A DNA stretch of 41,440 nt from contig JAVKOQ020000021.1 of NCBI GenBank assembly GCA_031835245.2, positions 310,001 to 351,440 of the forward strand, in the 5' to 3' direction. Made by a program: the position numbers and the translations under genes. Position 1 is the first letter of the stretch. Every line of letters starts with the position of its first letter. Under the pieces are notes generated by a model. The model had not been told where the DNA came from, searched no databases, and worked only from the letters and a program-made list of their open reading frames with translations. This stretch comes from Balamuthia mandrillaris. Its lineage: Eukaryota. This document shows, piece by piece, positions 1 through 9,545 of the stretch.

Positions 1-847
1 CATCATAGATGAGCTTAGACACCGTCTTGGCTGCCTGCTCCACGGAGTGAAACACGCATCGCATGGCCAAAATATGTTTCGGCACTCTCTCCAAACGAAG
101 GGTCAGCTCCGTAATAACACCGAGGGTGCCCTCCGACCCTACGAACAGTGCTGCCATGTTATAGCCGGCCCGGCTCTTTCTGGCCCTTTTGCCCGTGGTA
201 ATCACCTCGCCCGAGGCCAACACCACCGTCAGGCTCAGCACCATGTCCTTCATCATGCCGTAGCGCATGGCGGTAGGTCCGCTGGCCCCGGTGGCGGCCA
301 TCCCTCCCAACGTGGCGTCCGCGCCGGGGTCGCAGCAGAAGAACAGCCCCTCCGGTTTGATGTGCTGGTTGAGCTGGCCGCGGGTGACGCCGGCCTGCAC
401 CGTCACGTCCATGTCCTCCGGGTGGAAGGCCAGGACCTTGTTCATGCGGCGCATGTCGAAGGAGAGGCCGCCCATCGGGGCCGAGATGTGGCCCTCCAGC
501 GAGGACCCCTTGCCAAAAGGGATGACCGGCACGCCCAGGCGGTTGCACAGCTGCAAGATGCGGCTGATCTCCTCGGTGGATTCGGGGAAGACCACCACGT
601 CGGGAGGGGTGCAAGGGTGCCAGGTCAGGTCGCTGCCGTGACGGCGCAGCACGCTCTCCTCGGTGCTGACGCGTTGGGGAGGGAGGAGCTTGTGCAGCTC
701 CTTTTGCAGGCTGTCCAGCTTGGCGAGGTGGCCAGAGTCGCGGTGGGGCATGTCCTCCGCAGCGCTCAGCTTCATCACCCGTTCCTCCAGCTTGCGTTCA
801 GGGGCTGGGTCGATGGCGATGCCTGTTATCACGTCTTCTCGTTCCAT
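1..847 (-). CDS. FAD-linked oxidase, D-lactate dehydrogenase (cytochrome)/GlcD family; 5' part only, continues beyond window start
   Basis: Manual minus-strand translation from ATG at 847, open to position 1 (absent from ORF track because it has no stop in the window): ...PDVVVFPESTEEISRILQLCNRLGVPVIPFGKGSSLEGH...DMDVTVQAGVTRGQLNQHIKPEGLFFCCDPGADATLGGMAATGASGPTAMRYG...GYNMAALFVGSEGTLGVITELTLRL, typical FAD_binding_4 motifs. No intron in this part. Confidence 0.92.
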   Translation of the reverse strand, partial: MEREDVITGIAIDPAPERKLEERVMKLSAAEDMPHRDSGHLAKLDSLQKELHKLLPPQRVSTEESVLRRHGSDLTWHPCTPPDVVVFPESTEEISRILQLCNRLGVPVIPFGKGSSLEGHISAPMGGLSFDMRRMNKVLAFHPEDMDVTVQAGVTRGQLNQHIKPEGLFFCCDPGADATLGGMAATGASGPTAMRYGMMKDMVLSLTVVLASGEVITTGKRARKSRAGYNMAALFVGSEGTLGVITELTLRLERVPKHILAMRCVFHSVEQAAKTVSKLIYD

Positions 848-1344
848 GTGGTCCGCGTGTTGTTTGACGAAGTCTGCTTCTTGCTGAGTTCCCAAGGTTT
901 TTTTGTTTGCTAAATTGTATATTGGTTTCACGTGCGGTGAACTTGACAGATTTTCTCCGATACTATGCCTGTTTTCAGTCGATTTGCGGTCAATTCCATA
1001 CCACCTTTCCTGTCGTTTTTCGTTCTGTTTGGCCCTTTTTTGGTTTCGTTCAGGAAAAGGACGTGAAATTTCACGGATATGGGCAACTCCCGAACGGATT
1101 ATTTCCATATTTTCTCCGTGCTTCACCCAAAACGCGATTTCTATTGGCGGCGCACATGTCTTTAGTTTGCCTGGTTTGGCTTCGTTCGGTTTTGTTTTGC
1201 TTTTTATGCGAGTTTTATGATTTATTTTTTTCTGTTGTTCCACTCTAAGGCCATAAACAAGAACTATTTCAGTTTAGAAAGCCAAGGAGGAGCAAAGCGT
1301 AAAAGCAAGAAGCAAAAGAGCGGAACAGAAAGGATAAGAGCAAC

Positions 1345-1797
1345 ATGGACAGTCGACTGGAAGCTTTGGCGGCGATGCTGCCGGAGAGCGCCTTATTGCC
1401 GCTCAAAGAAGAGTTTCAGGACCTGCTGCGCACCTCGGAGGCCTGCAAGCAGGAGCTCCTGCAGCAGCAGGCGGAAGTGCAGGAGCTCTGGCAGTGCACC
1501 CTGGAGCTGAGAGCGGCCTTCCACAGGCAACGCTTGGAGATGATGCAGTTTCAGCACTCCCTGGACCTCGCCGCCAAGCAGCCGCGGAGGGGAAGCCTGG
1601 AGGACCCACACCCACGCAAAGAACCCGTCCTCGCCAAAAAGGGTGACGAGGAGCCCATTCTGCCCCCGCTGTCCTCTTTGTTTCTTGCCCCTCCCCCTGC
1701 AGAGGGGTTCGACTGTTTTCGCCCACCAAAGAGCTGCGACGAGAGAGTTTGCTTTCCGGCCTTGACACCATCCACACCCGCAACCTTTGCACGGTAA
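1345..1797 (+). CDS. Hypothetical 150-aa protein, N-terminal coiled coil and Pro-rich C-terminus
   Basis: ATG ORF with GC3-rich codons against AT-rich flanks; heptad-like LKEEFQDLLRTSEACKQELLQQQAEVQELWQ. No family recognised. Confidence 0.65.
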   Translation: MDSRLEALAAMLPESALLPLKEEFQDLLRTSEACKQELLQQQAEVQELWQCTLELRAAFHRQRLEMMQFQHSLDLAAKQPRRGSLEDPHPRKEPVLAKKGDEEPILPPLSSLFLAPPPAEGFDCFRPPKSCDERVCFPALTPSTPATFAR

Positions 1798-2193
1798 AGG
1801 AAGCGTTTCAAAAAGAAAGAAAACGCCAAAATGTACACACTGTAAAGAAGAATAAACCAAACCAACGCAAACGAAACTTGTTCTCTCCCTCTCCTTCTCC
1901 TTCGCTCAGACTCTCTCGGCCGTTTGGGAGCTCCCCTTGGGGAAAAAAAAGGTTTGGTGTAAAAAGATGAACAAACCCTTACACATTCTTTGCATTATTG
2001 CACCTCGTTTTTGGTAATGTTTACCAAATATAGTTCGCATACCTCAAATTCTTGTGCAATGTAGCGTCAATGCAAATTGGAAGGAAGCCGTAGCCCACGA
2101 CGCTAGCAAGGAGGACCGAAGAAAAGAACAAAGCGGTTCCCAGAAAAACAAACGGTTTTGTTTAACAGCTGTTGTTTCTTTTTTTTCCTTTAA

Positions 2194-3711
2194 TCATGCA
2201 CCCAACAAAAACTGTTTTGTTAACTGTTGAGCAAAGGAAAGTGGCAACTGCGGCCAAGCAGCAGCAGCAGCCGAAGAAGGAGCGGCGTTGTCACACTGGC
2301 TGGGCCAACCTGACTTGGAAGATTGAAATGACTCAACATAGCAATGCATGGAGCCGTCGGATGTGTGGAGAATGGCCCACTCGGGTTCATGGAGAGCGTC
2401 ACAGGAAGAAGTCAGGTTCAAGCTTCCCTGGAGGAGCATGTTGTGGCCTTCGCAGAGGGAGTCATCTTCAGCCAGATTGATGGAGGAAGACAAGGAGAGG
2501 GTCCAGGCTCTGTCGGAGGCGGAGACGGAGGTGTCTCCAAAGCCTTCCAGGCTGCGCACCATTCCATTGGGATCGATGCCACGGAGCTCCAGGCTCCATC
2601 CTGCAGAGATCGGTGCAGAAGCGCCGTGCACACGGAGGTCAACGAAGAACTGTCTGGCCTCGGAATCTTCAAACTCGTTGTGTATGGCCACGCGGGCACT
2701 GCAGACCAGTGGAGGAGTGAGGTTGTCTGCATGGTATCGAGAGATCATGGCAGCACCCATGTAACGCATCTGACCGCTCGTGAAGCCCTTGGGGAGCCAC
2801 TCGTTTTGGTTCTGTCGTGTGGGATCCTCGTCCAATTGCTGAATGGCCAGCATCAACGCCTGCACGTTAGGAAAGGCAAAGAAGTTCATGCCCTCCCAGC
2901 CAGTGCCCTCAGGACCGGAGACGGGGCAGATGAGCTGGTCGACTACGCAGGTATCCACAGGCTCTGTCGCCTCAAGCTGATTGTAGAAGTGGTAGGATTG
3001 GTTGTGCTTGAGGCCGATGGGGGTGTCTGGAGGAGGGTCGGGCAGGTTGATGCAGCGAGGCTGGGTGGGACAACGGCCGGTGTAGGTAGTAACGAACCGG
3101 GCAAGGTTGACAAGGCCCACCCTGCTCTGCTTGCGGCAAATGCGGGAGGCATTGTGGAAGCGCATGCGATTCCAGTAGACCATGTCCCTGTAGCAGCCCT
3201 CCATAAGCGTGGAGTGGTTGGAGAGCTGGCTTCGGTCGATACCTCCTGGTCCACAGGCAAGCTCGTAGTCCTCTCGGCTCTCGAACTCTACTACAATGCT
3301 CCTGTTTTTGGCATCATGGGCCTCTGCTTCGAAGTCAATGACATGGCCCCATGTCAGATTCTCGGGAGAGACGTTGAAGAAGCTGGCCCAGTACTCAGAG
3401 ACATCAGGGAACTTGACTGGGTCGATGACATCCTCTTTGTTGTAGTAGGTGCCGTTGAGGACGGGAATGGCAATCCCCAACAAGGGATTTTTGATGCCAA
3501 TGAAGATGGCTCTGGCAAGGACGGGGCCGCGGGAGGGGGAGGCCACGGCGTCCCAGAGGCAGTCGAACTTGCCGCGGTCCTGCTCAGCTTCCAGCGCGAA
3601 GACCTTGTAGCCGTCATCGCTGCCGAGCTCGTTGTAGTTGGGGCTGGAGGCGGCGTAGGAGGTGGCCACCAGGGCCAGCACGGCCAACAGAATAAGCTTG
3701 ACTCCGGGCAT
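2194..3711 (-). CDS. Secreted 505-aa protein of unknown function, intronless
   Basis: Signal peptide MPGVKLILLAVLALVATSYA; several Cys and N-x-S/T sequons; coding-like codon bias. C-terminal beta-rich segment (CSARVAIHNEF...QFFVDLRV...GWSLEL) is only loosely reminiscent of CBM2/CBM49. Confidence 0.8.
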   Translation of the reverse strand: MPGVKLILLAVLALVATSYAASSPNYNELGSDDGYKVFALEAEQDRGKFDCLWDAVASPSRGPVLARAIFIGIKNPLLGIAIPVLNGTYYNKEDVIDPVKFPDVSEYWASFFNVSPENLTWGHVIDFEAEAHDAKNRSIVVEFESREDYELACGPGGIDRSQLSNHSTLMEGCYRDMVYWNRMRFHNASRICRKQSRVGLVNLARFVTTYTGRCPTQPRCINLPDPPPDTPIGLKHNQSYHFYNQLEATEPVDTCVVDQLICPVSGPEGTGWEGMNFFAFPNVQALMLAIQQLDEDPTRQNQNEWLPKGFTSGQMRYMGAAMISRYHADNLTPPLVCSARVAIHNEFEDSEARQFFVDLRVHGASAPISAGWSLELRGIDPNGMVRSLEGFGDTSVSASDRAWTLSLSSSINLAEDDSLCEGHNMLLQGSLNLTSSCDALHEPEWAILHTSDGSMHCYVESFQSSKSGWPSQCDNAAPSSAAAAAWPQLPLSFAQQLTKQFLLGA

Positions 3712-4383
3712 GGTGGCGGCTTCGCTTTCCGCGTGGCTTTGGTGGTTCCTGTCTTTGTGGTCCGTCTTCTAACGGTTCTATTTTCGTGGCTAACAGATGG
3801 TTAATAATTATAGACGATAGCTCATTTGGGGATTTCCAGCGATCCCCGAAAAATCCCAACCTTCTTATTGGTGCGGTGGATGTGACCAAATAGCAGAACT
3901 GATATCCGAACCTTTGTGCACTGGTCCGTCACGCTTTTCACACGTTCCCTAACAACCACAAAACAACGCAATGGGTCGCCAACCGGCTCCTACTGGTTCT
4001 GCCATTGCCTTCGAGGACGCTTCCCCGTCCCTTTTAGTTAACTTAGTTCCGTGAACTGGTTGTTAGGGAACGTGGGTTGTTCTGGTGGTTGTATCTATTT
4101 GGGTCGACTAAACCAGGGGAGAGAAAGAGAGAGAAGAACCTCCTCCGAAGGAGCCAAGGAGCGATGTGTGGTGGCAGCTTTATTGCTAAGTGCACGAGAA
4201 AAGCTCACGCAGCGTTGTTGCACACCCATTCGGCTTTCTTTCCTTCGTTCGAATAACGGGTAGCGAGAACATAGCATCGACAGGACAAGACGGAAGAAAA
4301 ATAAACGACGAAATAAGGGTACGTGTGGCGAGGCCAAGCAGCGCTCATTCTTTGGGCACCAACGACCAAAGGCTCCAGAGGAG

Positions 4384-4773
4384 ATGCTAGCGCCCTACTT
4401 GCTGTGGCTCGTCGAACAACAACGCCTGCCGCAAAAGGAGGGAAGGCAGGGCCGCCAGAGGAGCGATAATCCGTTTGGTGTTGGTACGGATCTTCACGGA
4501 GCCAAGCCCAAGTGGAAGTGTTACAGTGGTGAAATAAAGGTTGAGTCTAGCTCTCTAGTTTTTGTATTCCTGTTTACGTTCTTCCCCGGAAAAGAAGTTT
4601 GTTGGAGACGCTTTGCTTTTAGCGTGGAGCTCTTAAACCGATTGTTCCGAGGTATAATGGTGCTACTCAGCATTGACGCATGAATGCTTCAACAGTACCC
4701 GTTTGCCATCGTGACTGACCTTGACAAACTCAGTCGGGACCCTCAAGAGTTTGTTTGGCACGCGTTCATGAAG
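4384..4773 (+). pseudogene. Fragment resembling the N-terminus of a calcium-activated nucleotidase (CANT1/apyrase family)
   Basis: Exon 4696-4773 (cag|...|gt) encodes YPFAIVTDLDKLSRDPQEFVWHAFMK, like the apyrase 'IAVIADLD..S......W.SYLKKG' motif; joins in phase 0 to 4384-4539 via GT-AG intron 4540-4695. No downstream ELSEL or DDRTG exon found. Confidence 0.5.
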
Positions 4774-5055
4774 GTTTTCCTTTTGGTCACTGGGCAGAGC
4801 AATGCCTGTCCCGATAAAGGCCGAGGCGTAGATAGAGACGGTGCTTTAATTTTCCATCTTGCACCCTCGTAATGGCGCATTGCAAGACTCATGAAGCACA
4901 TACACATACCCCCCCTCTCCTCACGCACATGCCTTCCTTTTTTTCTTTGCTGGTAGATCTAGCTTTGTGGCTCCCTCTTCGTCAATTTCGGGTTCCCGGC
5001 AACTCGCATTGATAACCATTGGCGAAAGCCTGAGCATCTCCGAGTCTTCAACTAC

Positions 5056-5135
5056 TTCTTCTTCTTCTCCTCCTCCCTCCTCCTCCTCCTTCTTCTCCTT
5101 CTCCTTCTTCTTCTTCTTGTTCTTCTTCTTCTTCT
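5056..5135 (+). repeat. (TTC)n/(TCC)n microsatellite tract
   Basis: Direct reading of sequence. Confidence 0.85.
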
Positions 5136-5614
5136 GTCGCGTGGCGAATAGACAACGAATAAGATAGAGAGAGAGAAATGAGAAAGCTTGTGCCTGACAC
5201 CAACGAGATCATGGAGTTGCGAGCAATGGACGGCGGCTCACACTCGGACGGACACACAATCAAAACGTGGATCACCTTGAGACCTACACGACCCCTCAAT
5301 ACTTGTACGTCCCTGCTACCTTGCGGTGCAACAGCCCTGAGACTTCGACGTATCTGATTTATCCAAGTTTGGATAAATAGATTCGATAATTTGGGTCCTT
5401 CGTCCAATGGGCAATCGACGAGCACCTGCCAATATTTCGCCAGTTTTAACCATAAGAGGATTTTCTGCTTTTTTGTTGTTGGTACTCTGGATAGCACCGT
5501 TGCGGAGGGGACTTTTATGCTAAAAAATAAAACCACCTAGCCGCTACATTCAAGCACTCGTTTATTTTAACTGGCGTAACCTACTTACTCCCCACGAAAA
5601 AGCAAAACAACCAG

Positions 5615-7511
5615 ATGGCACGCAAGCCCTTGCTGTCTTACTTACTGGTTAACTTGCTTGTCACTGTCCTGGCCGCCCAACAAAACCTGACGACCTGCAG
5701 CAGCGGCTACGGGTATGCCGGAGAATGCGCCAGCACGACCACCCTAACGTCTATCGTCCCGGATTTCGACCAAGCCAAGGTATCCTTCGAGAGCGCCATC
5801 CTCACTATATAACCCAGCAGTGGTTCAATCCCTCGGTGTGCGTGGGCGACTTTGGGGCCAGTGAGCTTACCCTCTTCGACTCCGACCTCTACAACGGCGG
5901 CTGCTGGTACATTCCGTTGCCAACGTCCACCCAGACTGGGGTGGTAATCTTCTTCGGCAAGCCAGCTTGTGCCGGTGGAATCGATGCGTCCTTGTGCTTC
6001 ACCTATGACAGCTGTGGATCGGTGGCCATCTCCGTCAACAAGCCGATGCTCAACTGTATGGCCCCAAGAGGCAAAGGAGGTCACGGTGCAGGCCATATTG
6101 TTGACAACAGCTACTGAGTCGGATAGCAGGGCGCTCATATGTTTCCACCTTCAATCTGGCCTTGCCCAAGGGAAACATTGCAGAGGTAAAGGAGGTCACG
6201 GTGCAGGGCTACTACTTTGACTCGTTGCTGGTTTCCTACCCTAACTTTTGGAGGGTGGGCAGCAACACCATCAACAAGATCATCGAGATCTCGGGCGAAG
6301 CGACACGCATCTTTGATTTCTCCGCCGTTGAGCCGTTCATCGACGGGTTGACCTCCCTGGGCTCGCCGGAAGAAGCGACCTTCCTGCTGGATGAAATGAA
6401 AGGGGCCACGGAGGCGCAGTTTATTGTGCAGGGCGTTATCACGCTCAAACTGAATGACCTGACCAAGAATTTCTTGAAGGCCTTTATCTTCACGGTGGAC
6501 GGGGCCAACCTCCTCATCAGCAACGGCGGGGGCACCTCAGGCGTGGAGGCTGGAGTGTACGCCTACCTCAACACCGACATGGCCGAAAGCCTCCAAGATG
6601 CTGTCGAGAAGACCATATATCACTTCAACGGCCTGTTGAAGGAGCTCGGCGTCTCCGTGCCCAAGATCGTGGCTGGCAGTGACGCAGGCCTCGGCGTCTT
6701 CGTGACAGAGTCTGCAGCTGGCTTCTCCATCCGCGGATTCGGCCTGAACTGTTACTGCACCTACAAGTTCCCAGCATTCAACGGTGACAAGGCCAAGGCT
6801 TCCTGCAACTTTGCCGACTTGGCCTTCTTCACGGCCGTTTGGGATGGAGTTAAGTGGGTGATCAAGGAGGCCACCGAGTTCTTCCTCGATACCGGCAGGG
6901 ACATTGCCCGTATCTCCGCCGATGTTCAAGACTTCACCGAGGATGCAGTGGCCAAGGGAGTCAGCACCGTCAATAAGCTGGCCTGTAAAGTATCCGGCGC
7001 TTTGTTTGGCAGCAAATGCAACAAGAAGTCTGGGGCTGGCGACGGCGCCAGACCAGGAGACGGAATCATTGGGGATAAGTCCGGCTTGTGCCTCTCTGCA
7101 AGCTCCAACTGCGCCACGACCAACGACCCCTCCAGCTGTAAGCTCACCTGGAGCACCTGCCAGGAGGACAGCTGGTTGCAGATGTGGCTGTTAACAAAGG
7201 ACCTGAAGCTCTGCAACGTCTTCATCGAGAACTCCGAGTACGGCAGCGTGGACGTGGATGACAACCTTTACTGCATCTCCAGCGACCAAGTGGCGTGGGA
7301 CGAGAACCACCTGCACTTTGACACCTTGGCCAAGACCACACCCTGGAGGATCAGAAAGATTGACACCTACAAGTTCAAGTTATTTACCTGCACCTCGTCC
7401 GGCTCTTGCGACAGCTCCAAACGCAGGGCCTCTCCCAGGGTCAAGATCTACCAGAGGAGGGATGACGGCAGCTGGGTCAAGCAGAACGGCGACTCCCAGT
7501 TCAAGAATTGA
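5615..7511 (+). CDS. Secreted Cys-rich protein with C-terminal ricin-B (QxW) lectin-like region; frame interrupted twice (small introns or pseudogenisation)
   Basis: Signal peptide MARKPLLSYLLVNLLVTVLA; three ORF pieces (5615-, 5725-, 6162-7511) join in frame if GT-AG introns 5780-5817/5820 and 6080-6183 are removed; C-terminal SGLCLSASS...LTWSTCQEDSWLQMWLL...YCIS fits the ricin-B subdomain pattern. Confidence 0.6.
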
Positions 7512-7902
7512 AAAAGCCCTGGGGTGAGCTGCTCCCTGTGTTCTCCCCCACCTCCTTTTTTTTTTTTTTTTGGTCGTTAAAAAAATGAACAAAGAACCAC
7601 AAGCAACGATACCTTTGATGCGTCTTGTTCACTCACTTAGTTTTGCGCGGAGGAGAAGCATGTCAGCAACAAGAATGGAGGCGCTCTCTGGGCCAGTACT
7701 GCCGCCGAAAGGAAGGCAAAGGGCTCTTCGTGCTGGCACGATGAGCTTTTCTTGTACAGCTGGTGGAAGAGCCTCTTCATGACCTACTGGAAGCGCGACA
7801 ACGTGTGCCGACAGTAAACGCGGAAGGTGGGAATACCTTCTAGCTAGGAAGCCACTCTTTGGAAACAGCAGCAACTGGGCACGACACTAATCAGGACAAC
7901 AG

Positions 7903-8040
7903 AAAGAAGAACAAGAACAAGAACAAGAACTACAACAAGAACTACAACAACAAGAAGAAGAAGAAGAAGAAGAAGAAGAAGAAGAACAAGAAGAAGAACA
8001 AGAAGAAGAACAAGAAGAAGAAGATCAAGACTAAGAAGAA
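7903..8040 (+). repeat. Compound (AAGAAC)n/(AAG)n microsatellite
   Basis: Direct reading of sequence. Confidence 0.9.
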
Positions 8041-8365
8041 AACAAGTTGGGCTGGGTTCCTTCGTTTTTTGCAGACAGAGAGGAGAGAGGACAGGAGTGA
8101 GACATGAGTTTCTAGGCACCCACCAATCGCTTCCCGACGACCCTTCGGACAACAAAGAAAACGTTAAAAAAGAAAGCCTTTTTCTTTTTGTCGTTTTTGG
8201 AGTAGGTATTCTTTGTGTGTACTTTACCTCAAAGTTTTCAGATAGGGTTCGTTTGTTAACTCCTCGTTTTCTCAGCATGCTCTTTTGAGGCTGCTGGCTT
8301 TCAAAAATGTTAACCTTTGCTTACTTTGTTTTTCAAGGGCAACATCAAGGGGGACAGGCCTTAAG

Positions 8366-9500
8366 ATGAAAGGCCGTAGAAATACGTTAAAGCACAGCCT
8401 CAGCAAGTTTGCAAACTTGCCGAAGAAAAAGAAGAAGGACACCACAAAGATTAAGAAATACCAAACGTTGGACATCTCTTCCAGTAAAGGTTCACCTTTA
8501 GTTTCAGACCCGAGTCAAACTGCAGGCTCAAAGAAAAGTGAGACCTTCTCTCGTTTCTTTTTCTTATCTTTGGCTACCTTTGTAACAATACCCATTGTTC
8601 CAATAACTTCTATTTTTTTCATAGGTGTTTTGTTTCGAATCCCTTTGGAGTTGCTGCTGGAGAAGCACCCCGGTTCTTGTGTTCCGCCGTTCATCGAGAA
8701 GCTATGTTACTTTATTGAGCATGCCGGTTAGAGATTGCCTCTCTCTCTCTGTCTCCTCTGTTTTTCTCTGTTTTTACTGTTGCTCTAAACGTTGCTGTCT
8801 TTTTACTAAGCATTGGGAGTGGAAGGAATCTTTCGGATAAGTGGAGATGTAAATGATGTGAAGGCAACGAAACGTGTAGTTAACGAAGGTAAAGGCCATT
8901 CTTTGTTTCAAACCAGAAGGTGCTAACAATTACAACACTCAGGAATGGATCTCAACCTCTGGCAATGCTCTCCGCACACGTTATGTTCGCTTCTAAAAAT
9001 GTTTGTTAGAGAGTTACCAGACCCACTTTTCAGTTCTTCTCTATATCATGAACTTCTGGATAGTGCTTCTGCAAACAAAGGTATGTAAATATTCAATGTA
9101 TGGCACGGAGGATGAGAGAGAAAGAGAGAGCCGATAGACGAGTAGAGAGAAAGAGGCGAGAGATGAGAGAAGAGAAACGAGAGGAACAATAAACACCAAT
9201 TAACAAGTTAAGCTGCTGAAGAGTTGACAGAAGAGTGGATGAGAGCTGAGCTCAGACCGCTGATTCAAAGACTGCCCCTGCCCAACAAGTTCATGCTCAA
9301 ACGATTAATGCAGCTGCTCAACGAGGTGGTGGAAAGGAAAGAAGAGAACAAGATGATAGTAAATAGCCTTGCCACTGTCTTCGGACCAAACATTATTCGT
9401 CCTTCTGAAACGGAAACCAATCAACAAGATATGCTGCCCTTTGCTAAACTTATCAACGCCATCACTGCTATGATGATTACTCACTTCGAAGAGTTATTTG

Positions 9501-9545
<45 letters not shown>

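Noticed and set aside
47..913. 288-aa plus-strand ORF
   Set aside because: Antisense shadow of the D-lactate dehydrogenase-type gene; GTG start and no motifs.
2344..3804. 486-aa plus-strand ORF
   Set aside because: Antisense shadow of the signal-peptide gene 2194-3711.
3826..3849. GGGGAT...ATCCCC hairpin as a terminator or element end
   Set aside because: Only a 6-bp stem, no matching partner end or target-site duplication found.
7844..8278. Poly-Leu/Val and poly-Lys/Asn ORFs
   Set aside because: Translations of a microsatellite.
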